Shown: positions 28,757 through 39,670 of the stretch, in pieces
Layout: every line of letters starts with the position of its first letter
Numbering within the stretch: the first letter of the stretch is position 1
Assembly: GCA_002070375.1 (NCBI GenBank)
Contig: MWDD01000001.1
Location: forward strand, 17,425-81,424
Direction of reading: 5' to 3'
DNA length: 64,000 nt
Source of the DNA: a bacterium ADurb.Bin157
GTDB lineage: Bacteria > Muiribacteriota > Ozemobacteria > Ozemobacterales > Ozemobacteraceae
The notes under the pieces: generated by a model
Databases searched by the model: none
What the model was told of the DNA's origin: nothing
Seen by the model: only the letters and a program-made list of their open reading frames with translations
Position numbers and translations under genes: made by a program

Positions 28757-29943
28757 CCAAAACAATGCTACTCATCTTCTGTTTAATATCTTCTCTTGCA
28801 ACCGCTCAGCATAGCGCGGACAAGATGTGGGTCAAACTTGAAACAGCTTCTCAAACGGCTAACTTTTATATAAACATTCCGGAAAACGGCTGTGTCTCAC
28901 TTTCAACCATTTCACAGGGCAAAAAAAGCAATGATATAATTTGGGGCCCAAGACTAATGAATAAAGGGCTTTTCAAACTGCCGATCCCTGCTTCGGCAAT
29001 TATTGGGAAAAAAGGAATTGTCGAATTATTCACCGTAGAACTTACTGCAGCAAAAGAAACAGGTTCAAGAGGGAATGGAGAGCGACAGTTCAACTCACCT
29101 ATGGGCATTGACTATGACCGCACAAGAAATGAGTTGCTGGTTGCCGACACCGGTAACGACAGGATTATCAGACTCACACAAGATGGCAGATACCTGGGAA
29201 AACACGGGGGATTCGGAGTCTCTTTCGGAGACAAAAGCGAAGAGAGGGAAGATAGTCTTGATACCCCGTATGACGTTGCAACAGGGGGGTTTTCAAACTT
29301 TTACGTTTCTGATCAAAACAACAAGCGCATATGTGTTTTTGATTCTTACCGGACATACAAAGGAAAATTTTACCCTACAGACGCTCAAAGGCGGAATTCT
29401 CTTAACCGTCCGAAAGGTATTAAAGTCGACTACGAAAATAATATTTGGATAGTTGACGGTAGGTCAGACAAGATTATCAAAATTGCTCCAAATGGCGATA
29501 AACTACTTGAGCTTGGGGGATTCGGAAGAGGAAAACAACAACTTCGTTCTCCGAATCAGATTGATGTTGGTCCCAGCGGTGAAATTTTTGTAGCCGACAC
29601 AGGAAAATCTCGTATAGTCGTTTTTGACAGATTTGGTTCATTTTTAAGAGAAATAACAAATATTTTTAAACAACCAACAGCCGTAGCAATAGACCCGGAC
29701 GGCTTATTGGTAGTCTGTGATGCAAGCAAAAAGGATATTTCGCTTATAACTCCTCTTGGGGTTTTATTATCGAACTTAAGCACCGACTCAACCGGCAGTA
29801 AGTTAAAAACTCCGGCAGATTTGGCCTGCAATAACGATTATGTCTTTTGTGTCGATTCGGGCAATCACCGTCTTTTACATATTAAACGCAAAAAACTTAC
29901 AACAATCGTATCTTGGCAATGTGCAGACTCTGTGATAGAATAA
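28753..29943 (+). CDS. NHL-repeat secreted protein
   Basis: 396 aa. Signal peptide, six NHL blades (e.g. LVADTGNDRIIRL, FVADTGKSRIVVF). ATGA overlap with the preceding gene. Confidence 0.7.
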   Translation: MTKTMLLIFCLISSLATAQHSADKMWVKLETASQTANFYINIPENGCVSLSTISQGKKSNDIIWGPRLMNKGLFKLPIPASAIIGKKGIVELFTVELTAAKETGSRGNGERQFNSPMGIDYDRTRNELLVADTGNDRIIRLTQDGRYLGKHGGFGVSFGDKSEEREDSLDTPYDVATGGFSNFYVSDQNNKRICVFDSYRTYKGKFYPTDAQRRNSLNRPKGIKVDYENNIWIVDGRSDKIIKIAPNGDKLLELGGFGRGKQQLRSPNQIDVGPSGEIFVADTGKSRIVVFDRFGSFLREITNIFKQPTAVAIDPDGLLVVCDASKKDISLITPLGVLLSNLSTDSTGSKLKTPADLACNNDYVFCVDSGNHRLLHIKRKKLTTIVSWQCADSVIE

Positions 29944-29990
29944 CAAAATATAATCGCGGTTTTCCCGTGAAGTAACAGGAGCTAATACAA

Positions 29991-30968
29991 TTGAAATTTA
30001 GACGAATAAAACTACCGGTTTTTTTGCTTATAGCAATATGTTTATTATCTTTTCAAACCGGTTGCCGTAAAAAAAGAGCAGAAAGACCTAAAAAACCTGC
30101 AGCAAGATTATCGGAATCAACAAAAAACATAAAAATCGAAGATTTGTTGCCTAAAAATAATGTTGTAACAGGAAAACTAAAACGTGAAATTCCTGAAAAG
30201 GTAATGAATGAGTATATGTACGGCACTTTGGCAGGCCAATATGGAAAAGTTGACACAGCTGAAGAATATCTTCTCAAAACCATAAAAATGGAACCCTTGT
30301 TCGTTGACGCTCACCATAATTTGGGCCTGGCGTATTACAAACAAGGCCGTATTGACGAAGCGGTTAAATGTTGGCGAAAAACCCTAGAATTAGCCCCAAA
30401 TTATGCTGAAGCCTATTATAATCTGTCTATTTTTATGATGGCGCTGGGCAGAACCGATGATGCAATTAAATTGTTGGATGTATGCACGCAATATGAACCG
30501 TTTCACTTAAAGGCAAGATACGCCCTTGGCACGATAGCTAAGAAGAGCGGCCAAAACAAAGAAGCCATCAAGCATTTCAGAGCATACCAAAACAAAGATA
30601 AAGGTGATCCCAGGGTTTTGATAGCGCTTGGCGAACTATATTTACTTGAGGGACAAGAAGACGCTTCTTTAAAAGAGTTTGAATCTGCCGCAAGAATCGA
30701 CGAAAAAAACGGAAAAGTTCAATACCAGCTTGGAGTGGCATACCACAAGCGCGGATTGCTAGATCATGCTATTATTAATTACAAACGAGCCAGCGAACTA
30801 TTGCCCAACAATGTCGACCCATACATTAATCTTGGCGATATTTACGCAAGCAGAGGTGAATATGCATCAGCACTCGCATCATATAACACCGCTTTATCAA
30901 TCGACCCGACAAATGCATATGCATCCCGAAGGGCAAAGCAAGCTGAAAATCGTTTATTGGAACAGTAA
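29991..30968 (+). CDS. TPR-repeat lipoprotein
   Basis: 325 aa. Lipobox FQTGC. Multiple TPR units (AYYNLSIFMMALGRTDDAIKL, ...). TTG start with AGGAG ribosome-binding site. Confidence 0.7.
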   Translation: MKFRRIKLPVFLLIAICLLSFQTGCRKKRAERPKKPAARLSESTKNIKIEDLLPKNNVVTGKLKREIPEKVMNEYMYGTLAGQYGKVDTAEEYLLKTIKMEPLFVDAHHNLGLAYYKQGRIDEAVKCWRKTLELAPNYAEAYYNLSIFMMALGRTDDAIKLLDVCTQYEPFHLKARYALGTIAKKSGQNKEAIKHFRAYQNKDKGDPRVLIALGELYLLEGQEDASLKEFESAARIDEKNGKVQYQLGVAYHKRGLLDHAIINYKRASELLPNNVDPYINLGDIYASRGEYASALASYNTALSIDPTNAYASRRAKQAENRLLEQ

Positions 30969-30970
30969 TT

Positions 30971-31228
30971 TTGTCTATCGATTCAAACAACACAGTAAAT
31001 TCATCTGAACTTAAAGCAATTGATAAAACTAAGCTTGAAATTTTGGCAAGCAGACTTGGCATAAGTTTTAATGAAGCAAAAAAATTGCAGGCCGACCTAA
31101 GAATCAACCTCGCAAAAACTCTGGGAATTACTGCATCTGCAGTCTTCCCTGACATAGAACCGGCAGGACGAGAACTTAATTTAGCTTTCGTCATAAATAA
31201 ACAGAATCTGCCACGCAAAAAACAATAA
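30971..31228 (+). CDS. small hypothetical protein (85 aa) preceding the radical-SAM gene
   Basis: TTG start 2 nt after the TPR stop. Its stop overlaps the radical-SAM ATG (TAATG). Helical, non-repetitive sequence. Confidence 0.4.
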   Translation: MSIDSNNTVNSSELKAIDKTKLEILASRLGISFNEAKKLQADLRINLAKTLGITASAVFPDIEPAGRELNLAFVINKQNLPRKKQ

Positions 31229-32934
31229 TGACAAATATAATTGACCACCTTTCACATTGGGAACTTCTAAACATTGAAAAACCGGCTCGCTATTTGGGTG
31301 GAGAAGCAAATCAAGCACAAAGCAAAACTGATCCTGCGCTGAAAGTAGCGTTGGTTTTTCCTGATCTTTATGAATTGGGAATGTCTAATCTAGCCATAAA
31401 AATATTCTATGAATCTCTAAATAATACAGAAAACATAATGGCTGAAAGAGTGTTTTCTCCATGGATCGATTTTGAAGCCTTGCTCAGAAAAAAGGATTTA
31501 CCGATTTATTCGCTTGAAACGGGAAGACCTTTATATGAATTTGATGTTATTTTCATTTCTTTTCCTTATGAAATGACCTTTACCAACGTATTAAACATAC
31601 TTGATCTTGGCAAAGTGGAATTATGTACAAAAAACAGAACAAACTGGCCAATAGTAATAGGCGGAGGTCCATCAGCCTCAAATCCCTTACCGATGGCAAA
31701 GTTTATGGACGGTATTTTTATCGGCGACGGTGAAGAGAGCATTTTAGAAATTTGCAATAAACTGATTGAATTCAAAAAACAGAATTTGTCGCTTAAAGAA
31801 GTCAGAATGGCTCTTGCGGAAATAGAAGGGCTTTGGGTGCCCGAGTTTCCAAGAAATGTTCGGCGAAGAATTTTTAAAGGATTTGCAAATTCAGCACCGC
31901 CTTTAAAGCCTGTCATACCTAATGTTCAAGCTATTCACAACCGTGCGCCCATCGAAATATTCAGGGGCTGTATTAACGGATGCAGATTTTGTAACGCGGG
32001 TTATTATTACAGACCCAAAAGAGAGCGTTCCAGCGAATCTCTTATTAAATATGCCCACCAACTCCTCGAAAACACCGGTGAGGAATCTCTTGGACTACTC
32101 TCTCTTTCAACCTCTGATTATTCTGAACTCTCATGCTTAATTGAAGGACTTGACAGGGATAAGCTGTATCCTGAGCAAACTGTTTCTATTCCGTCAATGA
32201 GAATGACTGATAACACTATTAAACTGCTTAATTCTTCTTCCAGAATAAGAAAGGGCGGCTTAACTTTCGCACCCGAGGCAGGAACGCAAAAATTAAGAAA
32301 TATAATCAATAAAAACATAACCGAAGAAGACATAATTCATGTAATGAAAACTACGGGCGGCTCTGAGTATAGAACGGTCAAGCTCTATCTGATGATGGGC
32401 TTACCCTTTGAAACAGACGAAGACATTAGCGGAATTGTTAATTTGGTTGAGAAATTAGATAATATTGGGCGGACCTGCAGCCCGAAAAAGCAAATAACCG
32501 TTAGTCTTTCCGGGTTTGTTCCGAAGGCGTTTACTCCGTTTCAGTGGTCCCGACAGAACACAATCGAAGAGCTTAAAAACAAGCGTTTTGCCGTGTGTAA
32601 AGGGCTTGAACGCAGGCGAGTTCAAATTTCATGGCGAGATGAATATTTATGCTTACTGGAAGCCGTCCTTTCAAGAGGAGACGAACAAGTCGGAGACTTA
32701 GTTTTGGCCGCTTTCAGAAACGGATGTAAGTTTGACGGCTGGCACGAGTGTTTTTCTAAATCAGGTTGGGAAAAAGCTTTTGAAGACACGCAAATCCAAA
32801 CAAGTAAATATACATCTGAGCTTTCTATTAATAGCCCCCTACCCTGGGATTTCATTGACTTCAGAACTCCCAAAGCATTTTACCGGGAAGAATATCTAAA
32901 AGCAGCTCAAATAGCCGGAGTAACACCCGAATGA
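31228..32934 (+). CDS. B12-binding-domain radical SAM protein (TIGR03960-like, uncharacterised)
   Basis: 568 aa. N-terminal cobalamin-binding-like domain, CINGCRFCNAGYYY CxxxCxxC radical-SAM motif. Conserved neighbour of DUF2344 and RNase G. Confidence 0.75.
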   Translation: MTNIIDHLSHWELLNIEKPARYLGGEANQAQSKTDPALKVALVFPDLYELGMSNLAIKIFYESLNNTENIMAERVFSPWIDFEALLRKKDLPIYSLETGRPLYEFDVIFISFPYEMTFTNVLNILDLGKVELCTKNRTNWPIVIGGGPSASNPLPMAKFMDGIFIGDGEESILEICNKLIEFKKQNLSLKEVRMALAEIEGLWVPEFPRNVRRRIFKGFANSAPPLKPVIPNVQAIHNRAPIEIFRGCINGCRFCNAGYYYRPKRERSSESLIKYAHQLLENTGEESLGLLSLSTSDYSELSCLIEGLDRDKLYPEQTVSIPSMRMTDNTIKLLNSSSRIRKGGLTFAPEAGTQKLRNIINKNITEEDIIHVMKTTGGSEYRTVKLYLMMGLPFETDEDISGIVNLVEKLDNIGRTCSPKKQITVSLSGFVPKAFTPFQWSRQNTIEELKNKRFAVCKGLERRRVQISWRDEYLCLLEAVLSRGDEQVGDLVLAAFRNGCKFDGWHECFSKSGWEKAFEDTQIQTSKYTSELSINSPLPWDFIDFRTPKAFYREEYLKAAQIAGVTPE

Positions 32935-33587
32935 CAACCGAAAACATCGAAATTAAAGTAAAAATTGAATATACAAAAACCTCACAGTCAAGATATGTGT
33001 CTCACTTGGACAACATCGATGTAATTACTAAAGCCTTAAGACGCCTTCAGTTGCCTTATGCCGTAAGCCAAGGCTGTCATATCCGCCCCAAACTTTCTTT
33101 TGCACCGCCTTTACCTCTTGGGCATGCCAGTTATTGTGAATATTTGATAATAACGCTAGAGAAAGAAATCGAACCTGAAAAGCTAAAGACAGATCTAACC
33201 GATCAATTACCCGAAGGAATGACAGTTACTAATGTTATTCAACCCTGGATAGAAAAGAAAAGCAAAAACATTGGAGAAAGACTTGAATACTTGCTTCACT
33301 TCAGAGATCTAGCAACAGCACAAATTGCCAAGGAATATTTAAGCGATCCCGAATCATCATTTGAAGGGCATCATAAAGGGAAGACAAAAAAATATAAATT
33401 AGGCAAAGCCGTAAGTAAAATATCGCTGTCCGCATCAGAGGGAAAAAACCTTCTGGCAGTAGAATTTGAGCAGGGCATTGAGGGTATACCTTCTGTATCT
33501 AAGATTATTACTGCGCTTGCAGAAGCATTAGATAAAGACAAAGACAGCTTGTATTTAATTGAGCGCATATCGCTTACAGAACTTTAA
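32931..33587 (+). CDS. radical-SAM-linked protein (DUF2344/TIGR03936-like)
   Basis: 218 aa. 4-nt overlap with the radical-SAM gene. Family assigned from gene context and size. Confidence 0.5.
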   Translation: MTTENIEIKVKIEYTKTSQSRYVSHLDNIDVITKALRRLQLPYAVSQGCHIRPKLSFAPPLPLGHASYCEYLIITLEKEIEPEKLKTDLTDQLPEGMTVTNVIQPWIEKKSKNIGERLEYLLHFRDLATAQIAKEYLSDPESSFEGHHKGKTKKYKLGKAVSKISLSASEGKNLLAVEFEQGIEGIPSVSKIITALAEALDKDKDSLYLIERISLTEL

Positions 33588-33602
33588 AAAATAGGAAAAC
33601 AG

Positions 33603-35183
33603 ATGAGCCGAAAAATTTTATTAAACGTTGGACCTTATGAATCACGTGCAGCCATTATAGAGGATGGAAAACTTTGTGAATTGATGTATGAAATTGAAGA
33701 CGACGAGAAAATCGTGGGTTGTATATATAAAGGGCGTGTTGCAAACGTTGTAAGCGGAACCCAAAGTGCTTTCGTTGACATTGGCATACACAAAGATGCC
33801 TATTTAACTTTAACCGGCGTAGAAAACGATTTTGACATGGATTTGCAAGATATCTTCAAAAGTCCGATACAAGATTTGCTAAAAGTTGGGCAAGATGTGA
33901 TTCTTCAGATTTTAAAAGAACCCACACCGACTAAAGGGCCCAGATCTACGATGACCATATCGCTTCCCGGCAAATATTTGGTTTATATGCCGAAACTAGA
34001 CCACATCGGAGTATCTAAGAAAATATTTCAAGATAAAGAACGAGAAAGACTTAGGGGCATCGGACGCCGTATTTTGCCCAAAGGTAGCGGATTAGTTTTC
34101 AGAACAGCGGCCGAAGGTTTAGAAGAGAATATATTAAAGCGAGATTTAGATCTTCTGTTGAAAATGTGGAAAAGAGTTGAGGAAAAAATAGCTTCTTCAC
34201 CCCCAAAAACAATGTTACACCGCGACATTCCCTTGCCGATGAAAGTTGCAAGAGACTTTTTCACCGATGATGTCGAAGAAATGATCATAGACTCAGAAGA
34301 AGCTTATAAAAGCATTGTCGAGGACTGTGAATTCTTAACTCCGATGCAAAGAGCTTCGCTAGAACTTTATAAAGATAAAACACCATTGTTTGAAAAATAT
34401 GGTATCGAAAAAGAAATTGAAAAGGCTTTTTCAAGAAAAATTTGGCTTGATTCCGGAAGTTATATATTTATAGATAAGACTGAAGCCATGTACTGCATTG
34501 ATGTTAACAGCGGACGTTTTTCCGGTGGAAACGGTCTAGAAGAAACTGTTTTCAAAGTAAATATGGAAGCAGCCAAAGAGATTGCCAAACAAATCCGGTT
34601 AAGAAATTTAGCCGGAATGATCATTATAGATTTTATTGATATGGAATCAAATTCCCACAGGAATCAAGTTTTAAGAGCACTTAAAGAAGGTTTTAAAGGA
34701 GACAAGAATAAACCACATATCCTTGACTTTTCCGAACTTGGCCTCATTCAGATGACCCGAAGACGCACTTCTTCAAGTCTTGACGAATTGCGAAAAACGC
34801 AATGTCCTTGTTGCAAAGGAACAGGCAAAACCTTGTCTGTAAGGACTATAGCCAACACCTTAAAAACTGATTTAATAAAAGAATCTGAAAGATATCAAAC
34901 GGCAGAAATTACGGTACAATTACACAAGTCAGTTCTTGATGTTTTTAAGGCTCACTCAAACAAAGAACTCAAGGACATTGAGTCTGTAATAAAACGCAAG
35001 CTGATCTTTAAACCCAAAGAAGATTTGGATATTGAATATTATAAAATTGAACCTTCTTTGAATACAGAACCGATTGATACTGATGTTACAGAAATGCCAA
35101 ATTCCGCTGTTCCCACTAATAGAACAAATAAAAAACGAAGATTCAAATACAAGAAAAACCGTAATTCAATCCCAGAGAGTTAA
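33603..35183 (+). CDS. rng: ribonuclease G/E family endoribonuclease
   Basis: 526 aa. S1 domain, DNase-I-like catalytic core (DVNSGRF), Zn-link CPCCKGTG, basic C-terminus. Confidence 0.85.
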   Translation: MSRKILLNVGPYESRAAIIEDGKLCELMYEIEDDEKIVGCIYKGRVANVVSGTQSAFVDIGIHKDAYLTLTGVENDFDMDLQDIFKSPIQDLLKVGQDVILQILKEPTPTKGPRSTMTISLPGKYLVYMPKLDHIGVSKKIFQDKERERLRGIGRRILPKGSGLVFRTAAEGLEENILKRDLDLLLKMWKRVEEKIASSPPKTMLHRDIPLPMKVARDFFTDDVEEMIIDSEEAYKSIVEDCEFLTPMQRASLELYKDKTPLFEKYGIEKEIEKAFSRKIWLDSGSYIFIDKTEAMYCIDVNSGRFSGGNGLEETVFKVNMEAAKEIAKQIRLRNLAGMIIIDFIDMESNSHRNQVLRALKEGFKGDKNKPHILDFSELGLIQMTRRRTSSSLDELRKTQCPCCKGTGKTLSVRTIANTLKTDLIKESERYQTAEITVQLHKSVLDVFKAHSNKELKDIESVIKRKLIFKPKEDLDIEYYKIEPSLNTEPIDTDVTEMPNSAVPTNRTNKKRRFKYKKNRNSIPES

Positions 35184-35186
35184 AAC

Positions 35187-35894
35187 ATGAAGCTTTTATT
35201 TCGTTCTTTACTGCTATGTTTCTTTATTTCTGCATCTTCCATCATTTACTGCGCAGAAATTAAATATTCATTTAAACCCGGAATCACCTACACATATAAA
35301 TACACATTTGAATCATCTTCATCTGTAACTTCATTGGGTAATGTGAAAACCAATGTGCAAAAGCCGATTTATAATACTTTTACGATTAAAACAATTGCGT
35401 TTCAAGATAACGCATTTGTTCTGGATATCGAACATAACAAATCAACCTACAGAAGGTATATTAAACCAAATGGGGAAATAAAGGGCGCTGTTTCAGAAAC
35501 CGGCACAGAGCTTCCCGTGTTTCTGTCTTTCCCTGACACAGACTGGAAAATCGGCGAATCACACCAAATAACCAAAAGCGTTAAGATCAAAAATACTGAT
35601 TTTACAACTGTTTGGAATATTTTATTGAGGTCTGTCAATAACGATACAGGATTAGCAGAAATTGCATTTACGGCAACCCTTCCCTTGCCTCAAGACCAAT
35701 TAAGAAGAAAAACTTTTTCCTTAAACGGAACAGTAATTTTTAATGTGTTTGAAGGTGTTGTATATCGTGCAGACTGGGTTTCAAAGTATAGTTTAGATTT
35801 TTACAATAAAGAAATTGCAGTCATTCGTAATATGTGGAAATTTGAAAATGAACTTCGTCATTCCCTAATAATGGAAAACCTGGAGGAATACTGA
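35187..35894 (+). CDS. secreted hypothetical protein
   Basis: 235 aa, signal peptide MKLLFRSLLLCFFISASSIIYCAE. Confidence 0.5.
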   Translation: MKLLFRSLLLCFFISASSIIYCAEIKYSFKPGITYTYKYTFESSSSVTSLGNVKTNVQKPIYNTFTIKTIAFQDNAFVLDIEHNKSTYRRYIKPNGEIKGAVSETGTELPVFLSFPDTDWKIGESHQITKSVKIKNTDFTTVWNILLRSVNNDTGLAEIAFTATLPLPQDQLRRKTFSLNGTVIFNVFEGVVYRADWVSKYSLDFYNKEIAVIRNMWKFENELRHSLIMENLEEY

Positions 35895-36697
35895 TGAAAA
35901 AGCACATGTTGGTCGTCATCTTCACTTTTTTTGCTTCAGTTTCCTATTCGCAAGTAATGTTTGATATCACCACTCCCTTTAAACTGTGGCTCTTAAATAA
36001 CGAAGCGCGAGTTTTTTCATCATTAAACCTAGACCAGAAGCTAATATGGGAAATGTCTCTTCCATTTTCTTTCATCCCTACCATAAGAACGGAAAACACA
36101 GGTGCCGAAGAAGAACTATGGAATACTCACCGCAAATATTACAGATTGTTAGACGATATACAAAGCATTTACACAATGACAAAACGCTTTGGGAATGGCA
36201 GATTATCTGTTTTAACAAAGCAGGCACGCCCTGAAATATGGTCAGTATCTATGTTTAATTTTTTTATGCCACTGATTCAAAACTCAACTTCTGCTCGCTA
36301 CAGGGAAAACTGGCATCTTACCCTGCTAAAGGCCTTAAGACTCGACGCGGAAAGAGATTACAACTTAAACCAAAGACTTCATAATTCCACATCAAAGCTT
36401 TCAAGCGAAGAATACAGACTACTGAAATCATATTTTTCAAATTTTTCGGCATTATATCCGGGAAACACAAAAATTAAACTGTTACAAGCATTTTTAGAGA
36501 GAAGTAATCGGAATTCGACCCCAATTGGGGCAGGTATACAAGACCTTTTAAAACCAACCCAAACAATTACTACAGACGATGTTGAAGACAACGCGCTTGC
36601 CGAACTTGAAAAAATAGCCGGAATGGGTGAATCAGAGGCAACGGGGACATTTGAAGACACGCCACAGCCCGAAGACGATATGTTCAATATCTGGTAA
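35894..36697 (+). CDS. secreted hypothetical protein
   Basis: 267 aa, signal peptide. 1-nt overlap with the previous gene. Confidence 0.5.
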   Translation: MKKHMLVVIFTFFASVSYSQVMFDITTPFKLWLLNNEARVFSSLNLDQKLIWEMSLPFSFIPTIRTENTGAEEELWNTHRKYYRLLDDIQSIYTMTKRFGNGRLSVLTKQARPEIWSVSMFNFFMPLIQNSTSARYRENWHLTLLKALRLDAERDYNLNQRLHNSTSKLSSEEYRLLKSYFSNFSALYPGNTKIKLLQAFLERSNRNSTPIGAGIQDLLKPTQTITTDDVEDNALAELEKIAGMGESEATGTFEDTPQPEDDMFNIW

Positions 36698-36712
36698 ATT
36701 TATTATCGGTTA

Positions 36713-37732
36713 TTATCGGTTATAGTAGTCTTGTAATCTGGGTGAAGAATTTTTTCTCAGTTTTCTGAGAGCTTTTTCTTCAACCTGTCGAACTCTTTCG
36801 CGCGTTACTCCCATTATTCTGCCGATTTCTTCGAGAGATCTGGGAATACCGTCATCAAGACCAAATCTTAATTTGATGACTGTTTGTTCTTTTTCGGTCA
36901 AGGATAACAAAACTCTTGAAATCTGCTCGTGCAACAACGAGTCGATTACTGCTTCTTCAGGGCTCACAGCATCATCATTTGAAATATAATCTTCAAGAGA
37001 AGAATCTTCTTTGTTCCCAACAGAAACATCAAGCGAAACGGGTTCTTGAGTGAGTCTGACAACTTCTTCTATTCTTTCAAGCGGAAGATCCATTAAAGCA
37101 GAAAGCTCTTCAGAGGAAGGTTCTCTGCCATGCTCCTGCAAAAAGCCTCTGATATGCCTTTTAACCTTATTCACTATTTCCATGACATGAACAGGGATTC
37201 TGATAACGCGTGACTGTTCCGCTAAAGCTCTTGTTATTGCCTGTCTTATCCACCAGGTTGAGTAAGTTGAAAACCTATAGCCCATTGTGTAATCAAACTT
37301 TTCAATTGAACGCATTAATCCAAGATTTCCTTCTTGGATAAGGTCCAAAAAAAGCAAGCCTCTATTTGTGTATTTTTTGGCTATACTGACTACAAGTCTC
37401 AGATTTGCGGTAACCAAGGCATCTCTTGCTTCTTGGTCGCCTTCAAGAATTCTTTTTGCGAAAGCACATTCTTGGTCGTGAGAAACCAAATCAACTTTAG
37501 TAAGTTGCTGAAGATAAAGTTTAACAGTATCATCAAAAATAGACTCTTCCTTTTTCTTTTCTCTTTCATCTTGAAAGTCTATTACATCGTCATGATGCTC
37601 ATTATGATGTTCTTCAGTATCAGTTTTTGCAGGTTTAACAGATTTTGGCACAGATTTATTCAAATTTTCTTTGCCCTTAACTGCTTGTCCGTTCACAGCC
37701 TTAGCCATTTTCCTGCTCCTCTTCGCCGGCAA
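36713..37732 (-). CDS. rpoD: RNA polymerase sigma-70 family primary-like sigma factor
   Basis: Region 2 ([37 protein letters not shown]) and region 4 ([16 protein letters not shown]). Lys-rich N-terminus. Start may be the ATG at 37708, which has a GAGGAG ribosome-binding site and overlaps the accA stop as ATGGCTAA. Confidence 0.85.
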   Translation of the reverse strand: MPAKRSRKMAKAVNGQAVKGKENLNKSVPKSVKPAKTDTEEHHNEHHDDVIDFQDEREKKKEESIFDDTVKLYLQQLTKVDLVSHDQECAFAKRILEGDQEARDALVTANLRLVVSIAKKYTNRGLLFLDLIQEGNLGLMRSIEKFDYTMGYRFSTYSTWWIRQAITRALAEQSRVIRIPVHVMEIVNKVKRHIRGFLQEHGREPSSEELSALMDLPLERIEEVVRLTQEPVSLDVSVGNKEDSSLEDYISNDDAVSPEEAVIDSLLHEQISRVLLSLTEKEQTVIKLRFGLDDGIPRSLEEIGRIMGVTRERVRQVEEKALRKLRKNSSPRLQDYYNR

Positions 37733-38678
37733 ACTTTCCTATTCGGCGAAACCTGTTGTAGCGTTCTTCAATTAAATTATCGGCACTTACGGCAATTAAC
37801 GTAGGCAAATATTTCAAAATAGTTTTTTTAATTTCCTCTGCCGCTTTTTTGTGATCTCTATGAGCTCCACCCAGCGGTTCATTCAGAATTTCATCAATTA
37901 TTCCGGCTTTCAAAAGATCTGTCGACTTAAACTTAAGTGCAGATGCGGCTTCTTTTGCTTTATTTGGATCATTCCACAATATTGCAGCACACCCTTCGGC
38001 TGATATTACCGAATAAATAGAAAATTCAAACATAAAAACTTTATCGCCGACTCCAAGTGCCAATGCACCCCCGCTTCCGCCTTCACCGGTTATGAAACAG
38101 ATAATCGGAACTCTTAAAGCAGACATTTCAGCTAAGTTTTTTGCAATTGCCTCGCTTTGTCCTCTTTCTTCAGCTCCGATTCCCGGGAATGCTCCGGGGG
38201 TGTCAATAAATGTAACAACCGGCATATTAAATTGTTCGGCAAAACGCATAAGTCTGAGAGCTTTTCTGTAGCCTTCGGGATGGGGCATACCAAAATTTCT
38301 GTAAATATTGGTTTGGGTGTCACATCCTTTTTGATGACCGATAATCATTACACTGCGCCCGTCAATTAGTCCGATTCCTCCGACTATTGCAGGATCGTCT
38401 CCGAATAATCTGTCACCATGCATTTCAACGAAATCATCACCGCAGATATGCTTAACGTATTCAAGTGTCGAAGGACGATCAATATGCCTTGCAAGCTTGG
38501 CGACCTGCCAAGATTCAAGATTGTTGTAAATCTCTTTTTTTAAAGGCTCAATTTTAGAGCTTAAAAGAGCGATTTCTTCAGTTAGATCGACATGGCCCGC
38601 ATCAGAAATTACTTTAAGGTCTTCGATTCTCTTTTCAATTTCGATGATCGGTTTTTCAAAATCAAGTTCTAATGCCAT
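37701..38678 (-). CDS. accA: acetyl-CoA carboxylase carboxyltransferase alpha subunit
   Basis: 325 aa. [11 protein letters not shown], GGSGGALA motifs. Confidence 0.9.
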   Translation of the reverse strand: MALELDFEKPIIEIEKRIEDLKVISDAGHVDLTEEIALLSSKIEPLKKEIYNNLESWQVAKLARHIDRPSTLEYVKHICGDDFVEMHGDRLFGDDPAIVGGIGLIDGRSVMIIGHQKGCDTQTNIYRNFGMPHPEGYRKALRLMRFAEQFNMPVVTFIDTPGAFPGIGAEERGQSEAIAKNLAEMSALRVPIICFITGEGGSGGALALGVGDKVFMFEFSIYSVISAEGCAAILWNDPNKAKEAASALKFKSTDLLKAGIIDEILNEPLGGAHRDHKKAAEEIKKTILKYLPTLIAVSADNLIEERYNRFRRIGKFAGEEEQENG

Positions 38679-38684
38679 TTAATA

Positions 38685-39554
38685 TTACCTGCCATTATTC
38701 AGAATGTGCAAAATTTTAGCGATCTGCTTTTTTAAAGTTCTTCTATGAACTATGCAATCAAGCATCCCGTGTTCTAACAAGAACTTTGATTTTTGAAAAC
38801 CCTCGGGAAGTTTTTGTCTGATTGTCTGTTCTATAACACGAGGCCCTGCAAAGCAAATTAAAGCTCCCGGCTCAGCAATGTTAAAATCACCCAAGCTTGC
38901 AAAGCTGGCCGAAACACCACCGGTAGTCGGATCTGTAAGAATAGATATGAAAGGCACTTTTGCTGCATTTAATTTTTTAACGGCAGCCGAAGTTTTCGCC
39001 ATTTGCATCAATGAGAAAATTCCTTCTTGCATTCTTGCTCCACCGCTGGTAGCAACAATTACAACCGGAGTTTTTTCAGAAGCCCCTCTTTCGAGGGCTT
39101 CTGCAAGCTTTTCTCCAACCACAGAGCCCATACTTCCGCCCATAAACTCAAAATTCATTACTCCTAAAATTGCTTTTATCCCGTCAATTTGGACATATCC
39201 GGTCATTGCCGCATCAAAAGCGTCTGTTTTTTCTATTGCTTCTGCAATTCGTTGCGGATATTCTTTTGAGTCAACAAATTTTAACGGATCAGCAGATTTC
39301 AATTCTTGATTGAATTCAACAAAAGAATTGTCGTCTGACAAAAGAGCTACTCTGTCCCAGACAGGCATTCTCATGTGATAGTCGCATTTTACACAAAGGA
39401 AAAGATTCCGAACTAAGTCTTTGGTAAGGATTGTTTCACCGCACCCCGGACATTTTTTCCATAAATCAGGAGTTTTTTGTGAAGGTGCTTCTTGCTTAGG
39501 CTGATCTTCCTGCGACTTAGCGGTCTTTGAACGTAACTTATCAAACCAACCCAT
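38685..39554 (-). CDS. accD: acetyl-CoA carboxylase carboxyltransferase beta subunit
   Basis: 289 aa. N-terminal Zn ribbon CPGCGE...CVKCDYH, carboxyltransferase fold. Confidence 0.9.
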   Translation of the reverse strand: MGWFDKLRSKTAKSQEDQPKQEAPSQKTPDLWKKCPGCGETILTKDLVRNLFLCVKCDYHMRMPVWDRVALLSDDNSFVEFNQELKSADPLKFVDSKEYPQRIAEAIEKTDAFDAAMTGYVQIDGIKAILGVMNFEFMGGSMGSVVGEKLAEALERGASEKTPVVIVATSGGARMQEGIFSLMQMAKTSAAVKKLNAAKVPFISILTDPTTGGVSASFASLGDFNIAEPGALICFAGPRVIEQTIRQKLPEGFQKSKFLLEHGMLDCIVHRRTLKKQIAKILHILNNGR

Positions 39555-39631
39555 GCATTCGCCCCTTAATAATTAAAAATTTGTATTTCATTTCTACGTT
39601 TATACCAGAATGAATCAACTTTTTCAACAGC

Positions 39632-39657
39632 AAAAAAAATCCCCTGCCGTAGCAGGG
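39632..39657 (-). terminator. rho-independent terminator after the Ca-ATPase gene
   Basis: CCCTGC-cgta-GCAGGG hairpin followed on the minus strand by U8. Confidence 0.6.
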
Positions 39658-39670
39658 TATTTTATGATTT

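Noticed and set aside
36699-36722. Tandem repeat ttattatcgg x2.4
   Set aside because: It is too short for a CRISPR or VNTR locus. It lies in a 15-nt convergent gap and overlaps the rpoD stop, so it is a trivial local duplication.
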